Positions 15,250-27,744 of a stretch of 64,000 bases of DNA are shown piece by piece. Numbering within the stretch: position 1 is the first letter of the stretch; each line of letters begins with the position of its first letter. The notes under the pieces were generated by a model that made no database searches, was not told where the DNA came from, and was given only the letters and a program-made list of their open reading frames with translations. The DNA comes from Eledone cirrhosa (Eukaryota). Position numbers and translations under genes: made by a program. The DNA is taken from positions 94,488,001 to 94,552,000 of the forward strand of contig OZ024746.1 of NCBI GenBank assembly GCA_964016885.1. The letters run 5' to 3'.

Positions 15250-15975
15250 CACAAGGCCAGCAACTTTGGGTGAAGGGAATGTCGATTAAATCGACCCCAG
15301 TGGTACTTTATTTTATCGACCCTATAAGGATGAAAGGTAAAGTTAACCTCGGTGGGATTTGAACTCAGAACGTAAAGGGCCATAACTCTATGCTGCAAAG
15401 ACATGATGTCTGACGCTCTACCGATACTGCCAATCCACCGCCCTACGGTATGCTAACAATTGTTTCTACTTTTGGCACAAGGCCAGCAATTGCGATAAAA
15501 TAAAGTACCAGTGCATTACTGGTACTTTATTTTATCGACCCCCGTAAGGGACGGAACTCTATGCTGAAAAGCATGGCGTCCGATCCTCTATTGATACTGC
15601 CAAATCTCTTTCATATCAAGCCCCAACCTTTTTATAAGAGGAAGGGCATATTGGGTAATGGTACAGTTATAGATGAACTAGCCTAAAACATGATGGTCAT
15701 AACTGGAAAGTCATTGCCCATAAGGTATGTTCAATCTAAACTCAGCTTAGGCTTAATATTGATTTCTAATTTAGGCAAAAGGCTAAGAAATTTGTGGGGG
15801 AAGGGCAAAGTTGTTAATATCAACCAAGTACTTGACAGCTATTTCACTTCATCAATCCCAGAAGAATGAAAAACATAGTTGACCCTGTCGGGATTTGAAC
15901 TGAGAACATCCAGAGCCAGAACAAATATTGCAATGGTATATTGCTGGCTACCAATTATGCTAATCTACCACCTTT
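15250..15975 (-). mobile_element. Three S1 SINE copies (15250-15443, 15458-15604 internally deleted, 15760-15975 diverged)
   Basis: reverse-complement consensus ttttatcgaccc..aggatgaaagg..aaagttaacctcgg..ggatttgaactcag. Confidence 0.8.
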
Positions 15976-16137
15976 ACATTGGCCTAAACAATAACAAGTC
16001 CTACTAATATACCCTCACCATCATTAACATCCTATCACCACCAGCAGTAGTGCCACCACCACCACCACCACCACCACCACCACCATAACCAATACCACCA
16101 CCACCACCTCTGCTACTTCTTCTACTATTACTACTAC

Positions 16138-16735
16138 TGTCGCCACAGTACCGGCCGCCTTCCATGCCATGCTGCCCTCGACGAGGTCATAAAGCATGGC
16201 TTGGATGATCTAGCCTTCCCCTCCCAGCTCGAGTCGGTGGGGCTGGGCCGAGGGGACGGCAAAGAGATAGACGGTATGACCATCTTCTCGTTCCGTGGTG
16301 GCAAACCCCTCGTCTGGGATGTCACTTGCAGCGACACTTTCTCCAGCCGCAACCTGGTGCAGTCTGCAATTAACCCAGGTTCTGCTGCACCTCGGGCTGA
16401 GGAGGCCAAACTCTCCAAGTACCGGTCGCTCAGCGATAGGTTTGCGGGCGTGCCCTTGGCAGCGGAGACTTCTGGTGTCTTTGGCCCTAGGGCTTTCTCC
16501 CTACTCACTACGATAGGTGCTGAGCTGGCCAGCCGCAGGTGTGAGCCTCGCGCGATGGAATGGCTCTTCCAGCGCATCTCCCTTACCATCCTCCAGGGTA
16601 ACGCCTTCTCCATTCTGTCTGCCGGGGCTGTGGGAAGGCCAGCACGTGGGATCACGTTTGCTCACCATAGAGAGAGATGGGGAGGGCGAGAGAGATGGAG
16701 GCGATGACAGTGGGAGTTCGGCTCTTCCACGCTCG
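16138..16735 (+). mobile_element. CRE-like non-LTR retrotransposon 3' fragment (restriction-like endonuclease)
   Basis: CRHSTGRLPCHAALDEVI...RGDGKEIDGMT...GKPLVWDVTCSDT...AEEAKLSKY...PLAAETSGVFG...FQRISLTILQGNAFSIL is the RLE motif series typical of the CRE clade (RPD altered to EID). Confidence 0.85.
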
Positions 16736-17223
16736 GACAAATCAAGCTACAGCCCTGCCAACCTCTAAAAACAGTCAACCCAACTTCTCTAAGTTTCTGA
16801 CCTCTTTCTATCTTACGGATCACTAAACACACGCTCCAGAATAGAGGTAGTTTTATTGTCACAATCTAAGGAAAATTCTACAGCGACCTACCTACAGATA
16901 TCTACAACCCACAGCTACTACTACTACTACTATTATTACAACGACTACTATTACTGCTTTTTCAAAATGTGGCTGCGCATGCGGACTAATGTGAAACCAC
17001 ACATTTCACCCCTTTGATACCAGCCTGCCACAAACCGCCTACCTTTCTAATGGACAAAACCACCCATTTTAAAGGGTTCCTGTTTAAATTAAAACCTTCC
17101 AAGATAATAATCATAATTTTCATACAAGACCCCTTTAAATGGACCCTCTCTCATTAAATGAACTCCAGCTCCCATTAAATTGCTATTCCTGGGCATAAAT
17201 TAGAAGTGTTTACATTCCTTATA

Positions 17224-17440
17224 ATGATTTCTAGTATAGGCACAAAGCCAGTAATTTGGGGAGAGGGAAAAGTCGATTAAATCGACCCCAGTACGTTACT
17301 GGTGCTTTGTTTTAACGACACCGTAAGGATGAAAGGAAAAGTTAACCCCGGCGGGATTTGAACTCAGACCGCAAAGGGCCGTAACTCTATGCTGCAAAGC
17401 ATGGTGTCAGACTCTACCGATACTGCCAATCCACCGCTCT
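17224..17440 (-). mobile_element. Full-length S1 SINE with target-site duplication
   Basis: flanked on both sides by ttccttataat. Confidence 0.9.
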
Positions 17441-17574
17441 TACGTTCCTTATAATAAAATACGAAGTGGCAGAGTCATTATAAGGAGGTTTTGTAAATAC
17501 TATTGTTTAGTGGTGATGTAGTCGTATGTTTATAGTGTTTTAGTGAGTATCCTACACTACCAACTAACTTACCC

Positions 17575-17890
17575 TCCACCCCTGGGTCCCGGCCGACAGG
17601 ATGGAGAATACATTGCCCCGGAGGACGGTGAGAGAGACGCACTGGAACAGCCACTCCACCTTACGGTGTTCACACCTGCGGGTGGGTTAGCGTTAAGGTT
17701 AGCAGTGAATAAGAGTATGATCCGGGGACAAAGAACGCCGGAAGTCTCCACTGTTACAGGCTCTACCACAAACCTACCCGAGAGCGGCTGATACTTGGAC
17801 AGCTTGCCCTCTTCAGCTTGACGGGTAGCAGAGCCTGTGCTGCAAGCCGAACACACCAGCTTGCCTCTGGAGTAGGTGTCAAATGCCAAC
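17575..17890 (-). mobile_element. Second, diverged CRE-like RLE fragment
   Basis: DTYSRGKLVCSACSTGSATRQAEEGKLSKYQPLSGRFVVEPVTVETSGVLCPR aligns to the 16.3-kb copy. Confidence 0.8.
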
Positions 17891-18029
17891 GTAATTAAGG
17901 TTTTTAATTTAAGCACAAGGGCAGCAATTTATGGGGTCGAAAAAGTTGATTATATCGACCCCAATACTTAACCAGTACTTTATTTTATCAAGCCCTCAAC
18001 GATGAAAGGGAAAGCTAATCTCCGTGTCC

Positions 18030-18680
18030 TGTCGATTCAAGAGATGAAATGACTTGTCTCCTGGATGAATCACTTTGTATGGTCCATCATAGGGTGACTG
18101 AAGGCATTTTCAACCTGCACGCGAGAAATGAACACACATTTTGCTTTATGAAGGTCATTTGCAATAGAGGACTTTTGTATACCGTGCTTTGATATGGGGG
18201 TAGGGCGTAAGTGGCCCTCGTCTCTCAGCTGTTCAAAATACTTTTTAGCATCAGAGTGAGACTTCGTGTTTGGAATGAATTTACATTCACTAGGTACAGT
18301 AAGGGAAGTGCCGTACACCATTTCTGCAGATGAAGAGTTAAGGGCAATAAGAATTCCCAATGTTACTCACGGTAGGTGGATTATCCTGTTGTGCCCGTTA
18401 AGTCGAGTGATGAGGGACTCATTCAAGAAGCGGTGAAATGGTTCCACCAAGTCGTTAGCTTGGGGGGGGGGGGGATATAGACTATTCCGTGTTTCATGTT
18501 GATGCAAAGAGTTCACACATGTCATTCCACAGCTTTAAGGTTAATTGAGGTCCACGGTCCGAGAAGATGCTGTCCGGGACACCGAAACGAGTGACTCAGT
18601 TTGTAAGGAATGCACAGGTAATTTTTGTGTTTCTGTTCTTCAATAATGTGCAGACAAGCGCTCCATGCATATGAAGAGGA
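18030..18680 (-). pseudogene. Decayed Ty3/Gypsy integrase fragment
   Basis: Frameshifted pieces VPDSIFSDRGPQ, QANDLVEPFHR, SSAEMVYGTSLTVP and LQSPYDGPYKV (GPY/F motif). Confidence 0.8.
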
Positions 18681-18809
18681 TAGCAGAGCTATAAACATAA
18701 GTTAAAATGGTCATACACGCTGAGACGATGGTTAAGAAGCCATAGCCACTATAGCCAAAAAAGCGAACAAGCTAAACGGGTCAAACAAAATGAGATATGA
18801 TTGAAATAG

Positions 18810-18851
<42 letters not shown>

Positions 18852-18857
<6 letters not shown>

Positions 18858-19032
18858 TTCTACAGGACTAGAACTGTTTCATTCTTTAGAAATCATCAGG
18901 AATTCCTGATGATTTCTAAAGAATGAAACAGTTCTAGTCCTGTAGAATCTCATCTATATTAAAACTTTTATACTCTGCTATGTATTGAGTACCTTACTTA
19001 CTGTGGTTACCTCCGATTCAACCCGGAATAAC
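18852..19032 (+). mobile_element. Family A fold-back unit: perfect 102-bp palindrome carrying two divergent hammerhead cores, plus tail
   Basis: Palindrome 18852-18953 centred on GAATTC; CTGATGA-tTTC-taaa-GAAt-GAAA-CAG-TTC on both strands; (TA)n on both sides. Confidence 0.8.
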
Positions 19033-19033
19033 G

Positions 19034-19137
<104 letters not shown>

Positions 19138-19543
19138 CCATCCACGCATGTCTGATTTCTATCTACCGCTAACCATTCACTGCCTCAGCCCAAGAGTAAA
19201 CCTCTCTCCGAATCGTCCACCCAAATCTCACTCCTCACGTTAGTGTGACATGGTTGAAAAGCTGCAAACAATTTTGCTTTATCTAAAATAACTTTACCTT
19301 GACCGTTTATCACGAAAGTCTATTGTAGTGTTTCTTCTCTTAGAATTTGGGGAATGAAAGAACAAGAAGTTGAGACGATCATGCCCTTTCTAAATGCATT
19401 AGTGTGTAAAATACATTAGCAATGTTAACAATATAATTGAGGAGGAATATCTCAGAGGAGTGATCTCTATACAATGAGCACACGCGGTAGATTTTCATAT
19501 ACATTAGTTTAAAAAGCTTCAAATAACTCTCATTAATTAGTAG

Positions 19544-19660
19544 AGTTCAAATCCCGCCGAGGTTAACTTTGCCTTTCATCCTTACGAGGTCGATAAAATA
19601 AAGTACCAGTAATGCACATGGTAATTGCTGGCCTTGTGCCAAAAGTAGAAACAATTAATT
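19544..19660 (+). mobile_element. 5'-truncated S1 SINE with target-site duplication
   Basis: attaattagtaga on both flanks. Confidence 0.85.
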
Positions 19661-20304
19661 AGTAGACAAAAACTCTCTATAAGGGTACATAAATTATTAC
19701 AGCCAGCAAACAAGGGAAGTATCTCCAAAAATATCAGCTAATTGAACATTTTCAAAAATATTAACGATTGAAATAAATAGATTTTGTCTTTATCCCATGA
19801 AATAGCACTGACTCGACTTTTCGTGGCAACTTCAATGGATGTGGGTGAAGGAATATGTGTTGTGATGTTTATCCTGTTTTAAATAACTATTATTCTATAC
19901 AATAAAATAATAAATAAAATCAACAATTTCAATATCTATGTTGGGAAGAGTAAACCTTGTTTACTTCAGGAGAGAGAGAAAAATGGGCTTTACGTTTTGT
20001 ATGCATAATCTTTCGAAAAACATTAAAGAGTCACTCAAAAATTTCTTACGAATCAGAATTTAATCTTGAGGCAGTGACTATCTTCATCGTAAGCTCCATC
20101 ACTTATATATGGAGAGATTGCTTTTAAAACACCGTATTCTTTTAGTGTGTCTTAGTATCAGATGAAGTGGGACGAGGGAAAGGTTCTCTATTGGCGGCAC
20201 TTTTGGGGGGATGCTTGGTGTATTGTGTTATATTTCTCCAGGACCGCACAAGATGACACACGATTCAACATACTCTACAAGCGTTAACAGCTAGCCATGT
20301 TTAT

Positions 20305-20545
20305 AATAATTGTTTCTACTTTTGGCACAAGGCCAGAAATTACCCCAGTTCATTACTGGTGCTTTATTATATCGATCCCGTAAGGATGAAAGACAAAGTT
20401 AACCTCGGCGGGATTTGAACTCCGATCATAAAGGGCTGTAATGGTTTCTGACTTAGGCTCAAAACCATCAATTTTGGAGGAAGGGAAAGTCGATATAATC
20501 AACTCCAGTGTGTGACTGGTACTATATTTTATCGACACCGCAATG
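20305..20545 (-). mobile_element. Two partial S1 SINE copies
   Basis: consensus match. Confidence 0.75.
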
Positions 20546-20554
20546 ATGATCTCC

Positions 20555-21310
20555 GACATGCACTTGATTATGTTTGCTGCCGAGAGCTGCATAATAGGAA
20601 TGAAAGTCAGTGCTGCAAAGACTGAGACACTCGTCTTCGCAAGTGGACTCTACAATGTGAAGATCCATTGAAACAAGTGGAGACATTCAAGTATCTCGCA
20701 GCCGTGTTTACGAGTGATGGAAGGAAGGAGGCTGAATTAAGTGCAATAATTGCAATAATTGCATGAGCTGATGCAGTAATATGCCAACTTCATTTTGTCA
20801 TCTAAAGATGGGAGGTAGTACAGCCACCTCCCATCTTCTGATGACAATATCACTATTTTCAATTCGGGATTTGCGTCAACCCATACCTATGGTCATGAAT
20901 CTTGGGTAATGACCTAAAAAATACGATCGCAATTACAAGCGGCTGAAATGTGGTTCCTCCGACGGTCTTTGGAGTAATGTTACTCGATAGAGTGCGTAGT
21001 CCGGAGATCAAAGAGTCATTTTAGGTAGAGCCGCTACTGCTCTGAATTGAGAGATCACATCTCTAATACTATGGAAATGTGGTTAGAATGTCTGGGAAAA
21101 AATCACTGGGCAGATTTTATAGGCAAAACCAACCGACAGGAGACCCAGGGGTAGACCCAAAGCAAGATGATTGGATAACATTTATGAATTTGGCTGGTGT
21201 TGCTAGGAGATCCAGCTGAATCAATTGGAGACGGCTGCTTCTGATAAAACACGCTGGAAGGAGTTTCTGAAGACTCTGCCTCAACGACTCTCCCAGGAAT
21301 AATTAAGCAA
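20555..21310 (+). pseudogene. Decayed RTE-clade LINE, RT C-terminal half
   Basis: GMKVSAAKTE, LKQVETFKYL, TYGHESWVMT, LQAAEMWFLRR and RRPRGRPKAR, with stops and frameshifts. Confidence 0.85.
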
Positions 21311-21639
21311 AGATGAAGATCAATAACCCGAATACCTAAGCCACAACACTTCTTATGTCGTCAGTTTATTTAATCGTTACTCCTTGAACTCTTTATTTGT
21401 TAATTCGTTTACTTGTTCTAGATTCAATCATTTGTTTGTTCCTAAGGACATTCCCCAGCTACATCTTACATAAATGAACCGAGCTTTTACCATGACTCTC
21501 TTTTTACCTATCTATGTATATATACGTATACAAACACACACACACACACACACTATATATATATATATATACATATGAGAAATATAGCAAGGGAGGGCAC
21601 TCAATACATACCGTAGTGTTATGTAAATTATATATATAA

Positions 21640-22320
21640 TTTTTTATCCCATTAGTAACATAAGTTGGATTACTTTGAATAAATAATTGCTTCTATTTTA
21701 GGCACAAGGCCAGCAATTACCCAGTACATTACTGGTACTTTATTTTATCGACCCCGTAAGGATGAAAGGCAAAGTTAACCTCGGCCGGATTTGAACTCAG
21801 ATCGTAAAGGGACGTAACTATGCTGGAAAGCGACCCTCTACCGATACTGCCAATTCACCGCCCTATTTTGAATAAATAATGAATGAATATTACATAATTT
21901 ATCTACTAAATTTCGTGGCTGTTCATTAAATATATTTTATTACTTATTTAAAGATTTACTTCTTTAAAATTTTCTAATGTCAACACTTCCGGTTAGCGAT
22001 CGTTTAAATAAATATTCATATATTTCTGTCACTAATTTTCTCCTAATACAGTTTATATATAATATCGTCTTTTTTAATGTATCATGGATTACATCACTGA
22101 TTACATAAGACAGTGTAACGCAGTCTTCGTTCAATTGCTGAGTATATTGTCAATTACAATTTTATTTGATCATATCTACATGTATATATACTTGCGTATA
22201 ATATCAATATACACACTACACATGTATCATATCTACATGTATATATACTTGCGTATAATATCAATATACACACTACACATGCTAGCAGAAAACCACCCGA
22301 AGGATCGTTTTTCTGCTAGT
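21640..22320 (+). mobile_element. Family D dispersed repeat ending in a hairpin and CTAG (Helitron-like), interrupted by an S1 SINE at 21684-21864
   Basis: Paralogous to 53210-53870; ends ctagcagaaaa-ccacccgaaggatcg-tttttctgctag|t; the SINE is flanked by duplicated tttgaataaataat. Confidence 0.6.
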
Positions 22321-22334
22321 AATAATAATAATAA

Positions 22335-22805
22335 TTGATTCTACTTTAGGCACAGGGAGTGGGTGGAGGGAAATGTCGATTAAATTGATCCCAGTACGTT
22401 ACTGGTACTTTATTTTATCGACCCCCATAAGGATGAAAAATAAAGCTAACCTTGGCGGGATTTGAACTCAGAACGTAAAGGGCCATAACTCTATGCCGAA
22501 AAGCATGGTGTCTGACACTCTACCGATGCTGCTAATCCGCCGGCCTAATAATAATTGTTTCTACTTTTGGCACAAGGCCAGCAATTATCCCTTTCTGGTA
22601 TAGGCACAAGGCCAGTAATTTGGGGGAAGAGGAAAGTCGATTAAATCGACCCCAGTATGTTACTGCTGCTTTATTTTATCGACCCCGTAAGGATGAAAGG
22701 CAAAGTGAATCTCGGTGGGATTTGAACTCAGTCCATAAAGGGGCGTAACTCTATGCTGCAAAGCATTACGTCCGACGCTCTACCGATACTACCAACCCAC
22801 CGCTC
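22335..22805 (-). mobile_element. Tandem S1 SINEs in an (AAT)n site
   Basis: two full copies plus an extra tail fragment, preceded by aataataat. Confidence 0.85.
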
Positions 22806-23357
22806 TAATTTATTATTTATTATTTCCCAAAGGGAAATAATAAATAAGAACATTGCGATACCTAATTCAAAAATGTCCTATATGTTTGTATTGTCACAAC
22901 AATAGACAATGTAGTAGAAAACAAACAAAGTGTTAGAAACATAAAACAGATAACTGTAAGAGTTGAAGTCTAGAACATAATATTCTATCTAGTAAAGCAA
23001 GTAAAATAACTGAAATATCAGAGATGCTGATGGTACATAGGTCAACCATGCTGAACAAACATAAAGTCATACCTTCACATGGCCAATATTTTCACGAACT
23101 GGATGAACTATATATACATGGCTTAGTGGCTAGAGCAGAGCTACTCACATTTTTGGGTCTACCTCCCCGCTCACGATCACGTAATATCCTCAGCGCTTCC
23201 CAACCCTATTTCCAGAGAGACCTGCCTACTACACGCAAATCATAAATAATATATAATAAATAAAGTCGTTAATTTATATATAATAAATAATTATATTATT
23301 TCGTTTCTGAATTTGTTTAGCAAGATTCTTTATCTGAAAACGTGTGTTGAAACCGAT

Positions 23358-23797
23358 ATTGTTATACTTTGGGAAGGTCATGTTGCCAATAAGAAACACA
23401 CGCACCCGTTGCTTTCACTTCAATTTATTATACATTAAATTTATAAATTTAGGAATTTATAAATTTTCGGTTGGTTGGTTCCACAACCAGATGATTGTTC
23501 ATATATTGTCAAAGTTCTTTTGTCACACATTCTGTGACAAAAACAAGATGGCGTAGGACAGAACAAAGGAGAGGCACAAAAACAAAGAAAATAATCCCCA
23601 GTCACTGAAGAGGTCACAGAATGTGTGACGAAAGAACTTTGACAATATATGAACAATCATCTGGTTGTGGAACCAACCAACCAACCGGAAATTCATAAAT
23701 TCCTAAATTTATAAATTTAATTTATAATAAATTGAAGTGAAAGCAACTGTTGCGTGTGTTTCTTATTGGCAACATGACCCTCCCAAAGTATAACAAT
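23358..23797. repeat. Inverted repeat with ~180-bp arms (23358-23538 and 23613-23797)
   Basis: arms are near-perfect reverse complements with a 74-bp spacer. Confidence 0.9.
23601..23643 (+). ncRNA. Type I hammerhead ribozyme (minimal)
   Basis: GTCA-CTGAAGA-g-GTCACA-gaatg-TGTGAC-GAAA-G-aa-C-TT-TGAC; stem I 4 bp, stem II 6 bp, CUU cleavage triplet. Confidence 0.7.
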
Positions 23798-24136
23798 TAT
23801 ATTATTAATTTATATATAATAAATAATTTGAACTCAGATCATAAAGGGCCGTAACTCTATGCTGCAAAGCATGGTGTCCGACTCTCTACCGATATTGCCA
23901 ATCTACCGTCCATTATATATATATAATAAATAATATAATATATACTATGAATAAATAAATATATATTTATATATATGTTTCTACTTTTGGCACAAGGCCA
24001 GCAATTATCCCAGTGTATTACTGGTACTTTATATCATTTACTATTATATTACCTCTACCGTCCCCTTAGGCTTCTAGACTTTCTCAAGCCCTCCCCTCCT
24101 CCCGGGTTGCAGTAGCGCAACTTTGAGAACCTCTGG

Positions 24137-24330
24137 GTTAGAGTATTGGGATTACAATAGGGAGGTTGTGAGTTCGATTCTCGGACCGAGTGATGCGTTG
24201 TGCTCTTGAGCTAGAAATGAGTCTCGACGTCACTGGTGCCAAGCTGTATTGGCCTTAGCTTTTCCCTTGACCATCGGTGGCATGGAAAGGGGAGACTGGT
24301 ATGTATGGGCGACTACTGGTCTTCCACAAA
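24137..24330 (+). mobile_element. Diverged tRNA-headed SINE (family S2) preceded by a hAT-like terminus
   Basis: B-box gagttcgattc; body shared with minus copy 26710-26930; tttgagaacctctg at ~24122-24135. Confidence 0.6.
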
Positions 24331-25029
24331 CATGTTATCCAACCATCTTACTCAAGGTCAACCCCTGAGTCTCCTACCGATTGCTTTTGTCCGTAATATC
24401 TGTACAGAGATTCTGAGTTCAAATTGCACAGAGCTGGACTTACCTGAGCATTCTTCCATGTTCAATAACATAATTTACAAGTCAAATACTTGGGTTGGGT
24501 TAATCGATACCTCTTCCCCAAAATTAATGGCCTTGTTTGTTTCCATGTTAGAAATTATAATTTTAGTAATATTTGTTTTACTTCTATTTATTAATCTAGA
24601 ATTAGGTGAGTGCTCCGTTACCGCTCATTTCCCTGTCAATTTGTTGTAATAGAAAACAACATCAACAACAACACCCTCCAGGATAATTGGCCTCTGTAAA
24701 ACCATAAACAGACCTCCTTGTTTTCTCCCATTTTTTCTGCCTCATCAACATAATTTACAGCAAGTACACTGTAAACCAGAACTGGGTTAAGTAAAACACC
24801 ATTAGCAAACATTTTATTTTTGTTCTTTATTAATTTTTTGATATAATATTTGTATGAATTATTTTGTTGTCTTTTATAGCTCCAAGTTGACCTTCATTGA
24901 ACAAACCTAGTATCAAACATTCCACTAATAACCATTCCAAGATATTTGTTCATGCATAGTGTATTTTGGACAGCATATTTCAAACGAATCTATAAGTGGA
25001 GTTTCGATACCCTCTAGGACGAAATGGTG

Positions 25030-25071
<42 letters not shown>

Positions 25072-25732
25072 GTGTGGTCTACCTCTGGTGGTAGGGTCCG
25101 TACCCTCCGAAACGATCGAAAAACAATTATATCAATAGGTAAAATAACTTGACTTATTTTTATTTCCATTGTTAATTTAATACCTAATTATATATATATA
25201 TATAAATATATTAAATATATATATTTATTAAATATATATATACATAATAGTCAATGTATAGGACAAGGTGACCCTGTCAACGGTACAATAATGAATCTTC
25301 TAGATTCGGAATGCACATTATTTTAGATTTTAAAAATATTTTGCTGTTTCTCCAGGAAAAGGGATATATGAAGGGAAACAATTTATTTTATATTCAAATA
25401 TATATACAGAATTTTCTCGAAAAACGATTTGAAGCGCGTGTGTATTAGAATTCATAGAATAATGAGAGAAACTCAACGCAAGAAAAACTGTTAAAACAGC
25501 AAAATGGCGTCGTACAAAATTTACATCAAAGGTCAGAAATCAGCGGCTAGAAGTGTGTTGGTCCGCTGAAACTACATCCGGTGTGAGAGTGGAAAAGGTG
25601 AGATGACGTTTACGTGATCAAGTCTCGTTCAATTTCTTCCTCTCCTTTTCCTGTCACTTCTACGGACCAAGGTAGGCAATTTAAATCTATTCTGTAATTC
25701 TTACGTACGTTTCTATATGGGTGACAATAGTA

Positions 25733-26080
25733 CAGGTTGGCCCGAAAGTCTTGTCACCCCCTACCAAAAAGCAATGAGATACAGCTTATGTTCCCATCGC
25801 AGTATCGTCCTTTTCGGAGGGGCTGGTTTGCCGAATCTTGTAGTGAAGTCATGTCGCACATCTTCCATGCTCTTGCCAGAATGCACACGATCATGTGTCC
25901 ATACACTTGCAAGCAGCCTCTCTTCTAAACTGTAGGAGCTCTGAAATAGAAAATTATATTATTATTATTTTTATTGTATATTATAATTAATGATATTATA
26001 TATTATATTATTAAAACAAACAAATAATGAAAGTTAAAACAATATGTGATAAGGGCTGACAAGACTTTCGGACCACCCTG
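25733..26080 (-). mobile_element. Internally deleted Tc1/mariner DNA transposon
   Basis: TA on both flanks; imperfect ~28-bp TIRs caggttggcccgaaagtcttgtcaccc / gggctgacaagactttcggaccaccctg; minus strand encodes YSLEERLLASVWTHDR...MEDVRHDFTTRFGKPAPPKRTILRWEHKL (transposase N-terminal HTH-like). Confidence 0.85.
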
Positions 26081-26162
26081 TACATATGTAAACAATAAGA
26101 TTATCAGAAACAGTTAATTAATAATTATTTAGACAAGACATCTTCAAACAATATAAGAAGAA

Positions 26163-26378
26163 ATAATTGTTTCTACTTTTGGCACAAGGCCAGCAAATAC
26201 CCAGTGTATTACTGGTACTTTATTTTATCGACCCCCACATAGAGTTACGCCCCTTTATGATCTGAGTTCACATCCTGCCGAGGTTAACTTTTCCTTTCAT
26301 CCTTACGAGGTCGATAAAATAAAGTACCAGTAATACACTGGTGAATTGCTGGCCTTGTGCCAAAAGTAGAAACAATTA
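26163..26378. mobile_element. S1 SINE with internal inversion (both tails point outward)
   Basis: minus-strand tail 26163-26236 fused to plus-strand 5'-truncated copy 26238-26378. Confidence 0.85.
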
Positions 26379-26709
26379 TTTTACTACAACAATATTTTGT
26401 TATTTTATATTTTAACTAAAACGTGACCATGTAAAATCCTTACACTATAGAATTTAGGATGTATAATTTATTCAGACTAAGTTGTTACTTGCAGCTTCAT
26501 AAGTAAATATAGCGTGTGAGACTTATTTGCTATTGAAATGAGGTCGGTTTGCTAGGTATATAGTTGTACTACATTTATATAGCATGCATTCCACAATATA
26601 TGGAACAAGTACAGCCACAAGCATTTCGAAAAAGATACCTATACACTGTCATCTACTCACACGTATATCCACGCACATAGTTATACCCATACGTACATAA
26701 ACAGTCTAT

Positions 26710-26930
26710 TGACAAGATCCCAGGATGAAAGGAAAGGCAATGGCCGATACAGCTTGCACGAAGTGACGCCGCAAATCATTTCAATAGCTAAGTAAACTGG
26801 AGCAACGTGAAATATTTAGTAATAAAGTGTCTTGTTCAAGGACACAACGATTCACCTGGTCTGAGAATCGAACTCACAACCTTACGATTGCAAGCCAATG
26901 TTCTAACCACTGAGCCATGCGCCTTCATAA
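26710..26930 (-). mobile_element. S2 SINE copy
   Basis: reverse complement of gaaggcgcatggctcagtggttagaac...gtgagttcgattctc. Confidence 0.75.
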
Positions 26931-27170
26931 GTTAGACATAGTTTAAAAGGTAGGAAGTTCTATCGATTAAAACTACTGGAGTTTACTTGAGATTTACTAG
27001 TAATCTGTTAAACTAATATATCAATATATCTATCCACACGCGCACACGCGTCAAGGAAATAAGAAACGAACAAACACGAGGATGCAATAAGATGAAGTGT
27101 AATAGTTTCACACTTGGAGGAAGAAAATAAGTTTATATATGTTTGTATACATGTACATATATAGATACAG

Positions 27171-27220
<50 letters not shown>

Positions 27221-27221
27221 G

Positions 27222-27510
27222 TGAAGGCGCATGGCTTAGTGGTTAGAGCATTGCGCTTGCAATGGAAAGGTTGTGAGTTCAATTCTCGGACCGGGTGATG
27301 TGTTGTTTCCTTGAGCAAGACACTTTATTTCACGTTACTCCAGTTTACTCAGCTGAAAATGAGTACCAGAACTAGCTGGAGGTTTAACTCTGCGATGGAC
27401 TGGCGTCCTGTCCAGGGGGGAGTCTTGTACTCTTAGCCGCTTCACGCCATGAAACCGGGATAAGCACCGGCCAAATGAGCCTTCTGGCTTAAGACAGACT
27501 TTAGACTTTT
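27222..27510 (+). mobile_element. tRNA-headed SINE with a V-domain-like core
   Basis: A box tggcttagtgg, B box gagttcaattc, then ttgagcaagacactt and tgcgatggactggcgtcctgtccagggg. Confidence 0.75.
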
Positions 27511-27530
27511 TTTTAGACATATATAGATAC

Positions 27531-27645
<115 letters not shown>

Positions 27646-27683
27646 ATTAAATAAATAGAAAGTATATTTATAAAACCATATTT

Positions 27684-27744
27684 ATTTTATTATATATATT
27701 TCAAAGGTACCAAAATACTTTGGTACGCTTTCTTCAGATAAAAT
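27684..27744 (-). ncRNA. Type I hammerhead ribozyme within a fold-back unit (arms 27641-27714 and 27812-27886)
   Basis: Reverse complement: ATTTTAT-CTGAAGA-aagcGTACCAAA-gtat-TTTGGTACcttt-GAAA-tatata-TA-ATAAAAT; stem I 7 bp, stem II at least 8 bp, palindromic stem III. Confidence 0.75.

Noticed and set aside
20838-20860. CTGATGA (also CTGAAGA at ~21268 and CTGAGGA at ~40254) as hammerhead cores
   Set aside because: No stem II followed by GAAA; chance matches within LINE remnants
23130-23225. Minus-strand exon-like segment with AG/GT boundaries
   Set aside because: Stops in all three frames; LRDRERGGRP resembles a decayed transposase motif but is too short to call
27222-27295. tRNA gene (also the heads of S1, S2 and S3)
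   Set aside because: A and B boxes are present but there is no complete cloverleaf or acceptor stem, and the sequence continues into a SINE body
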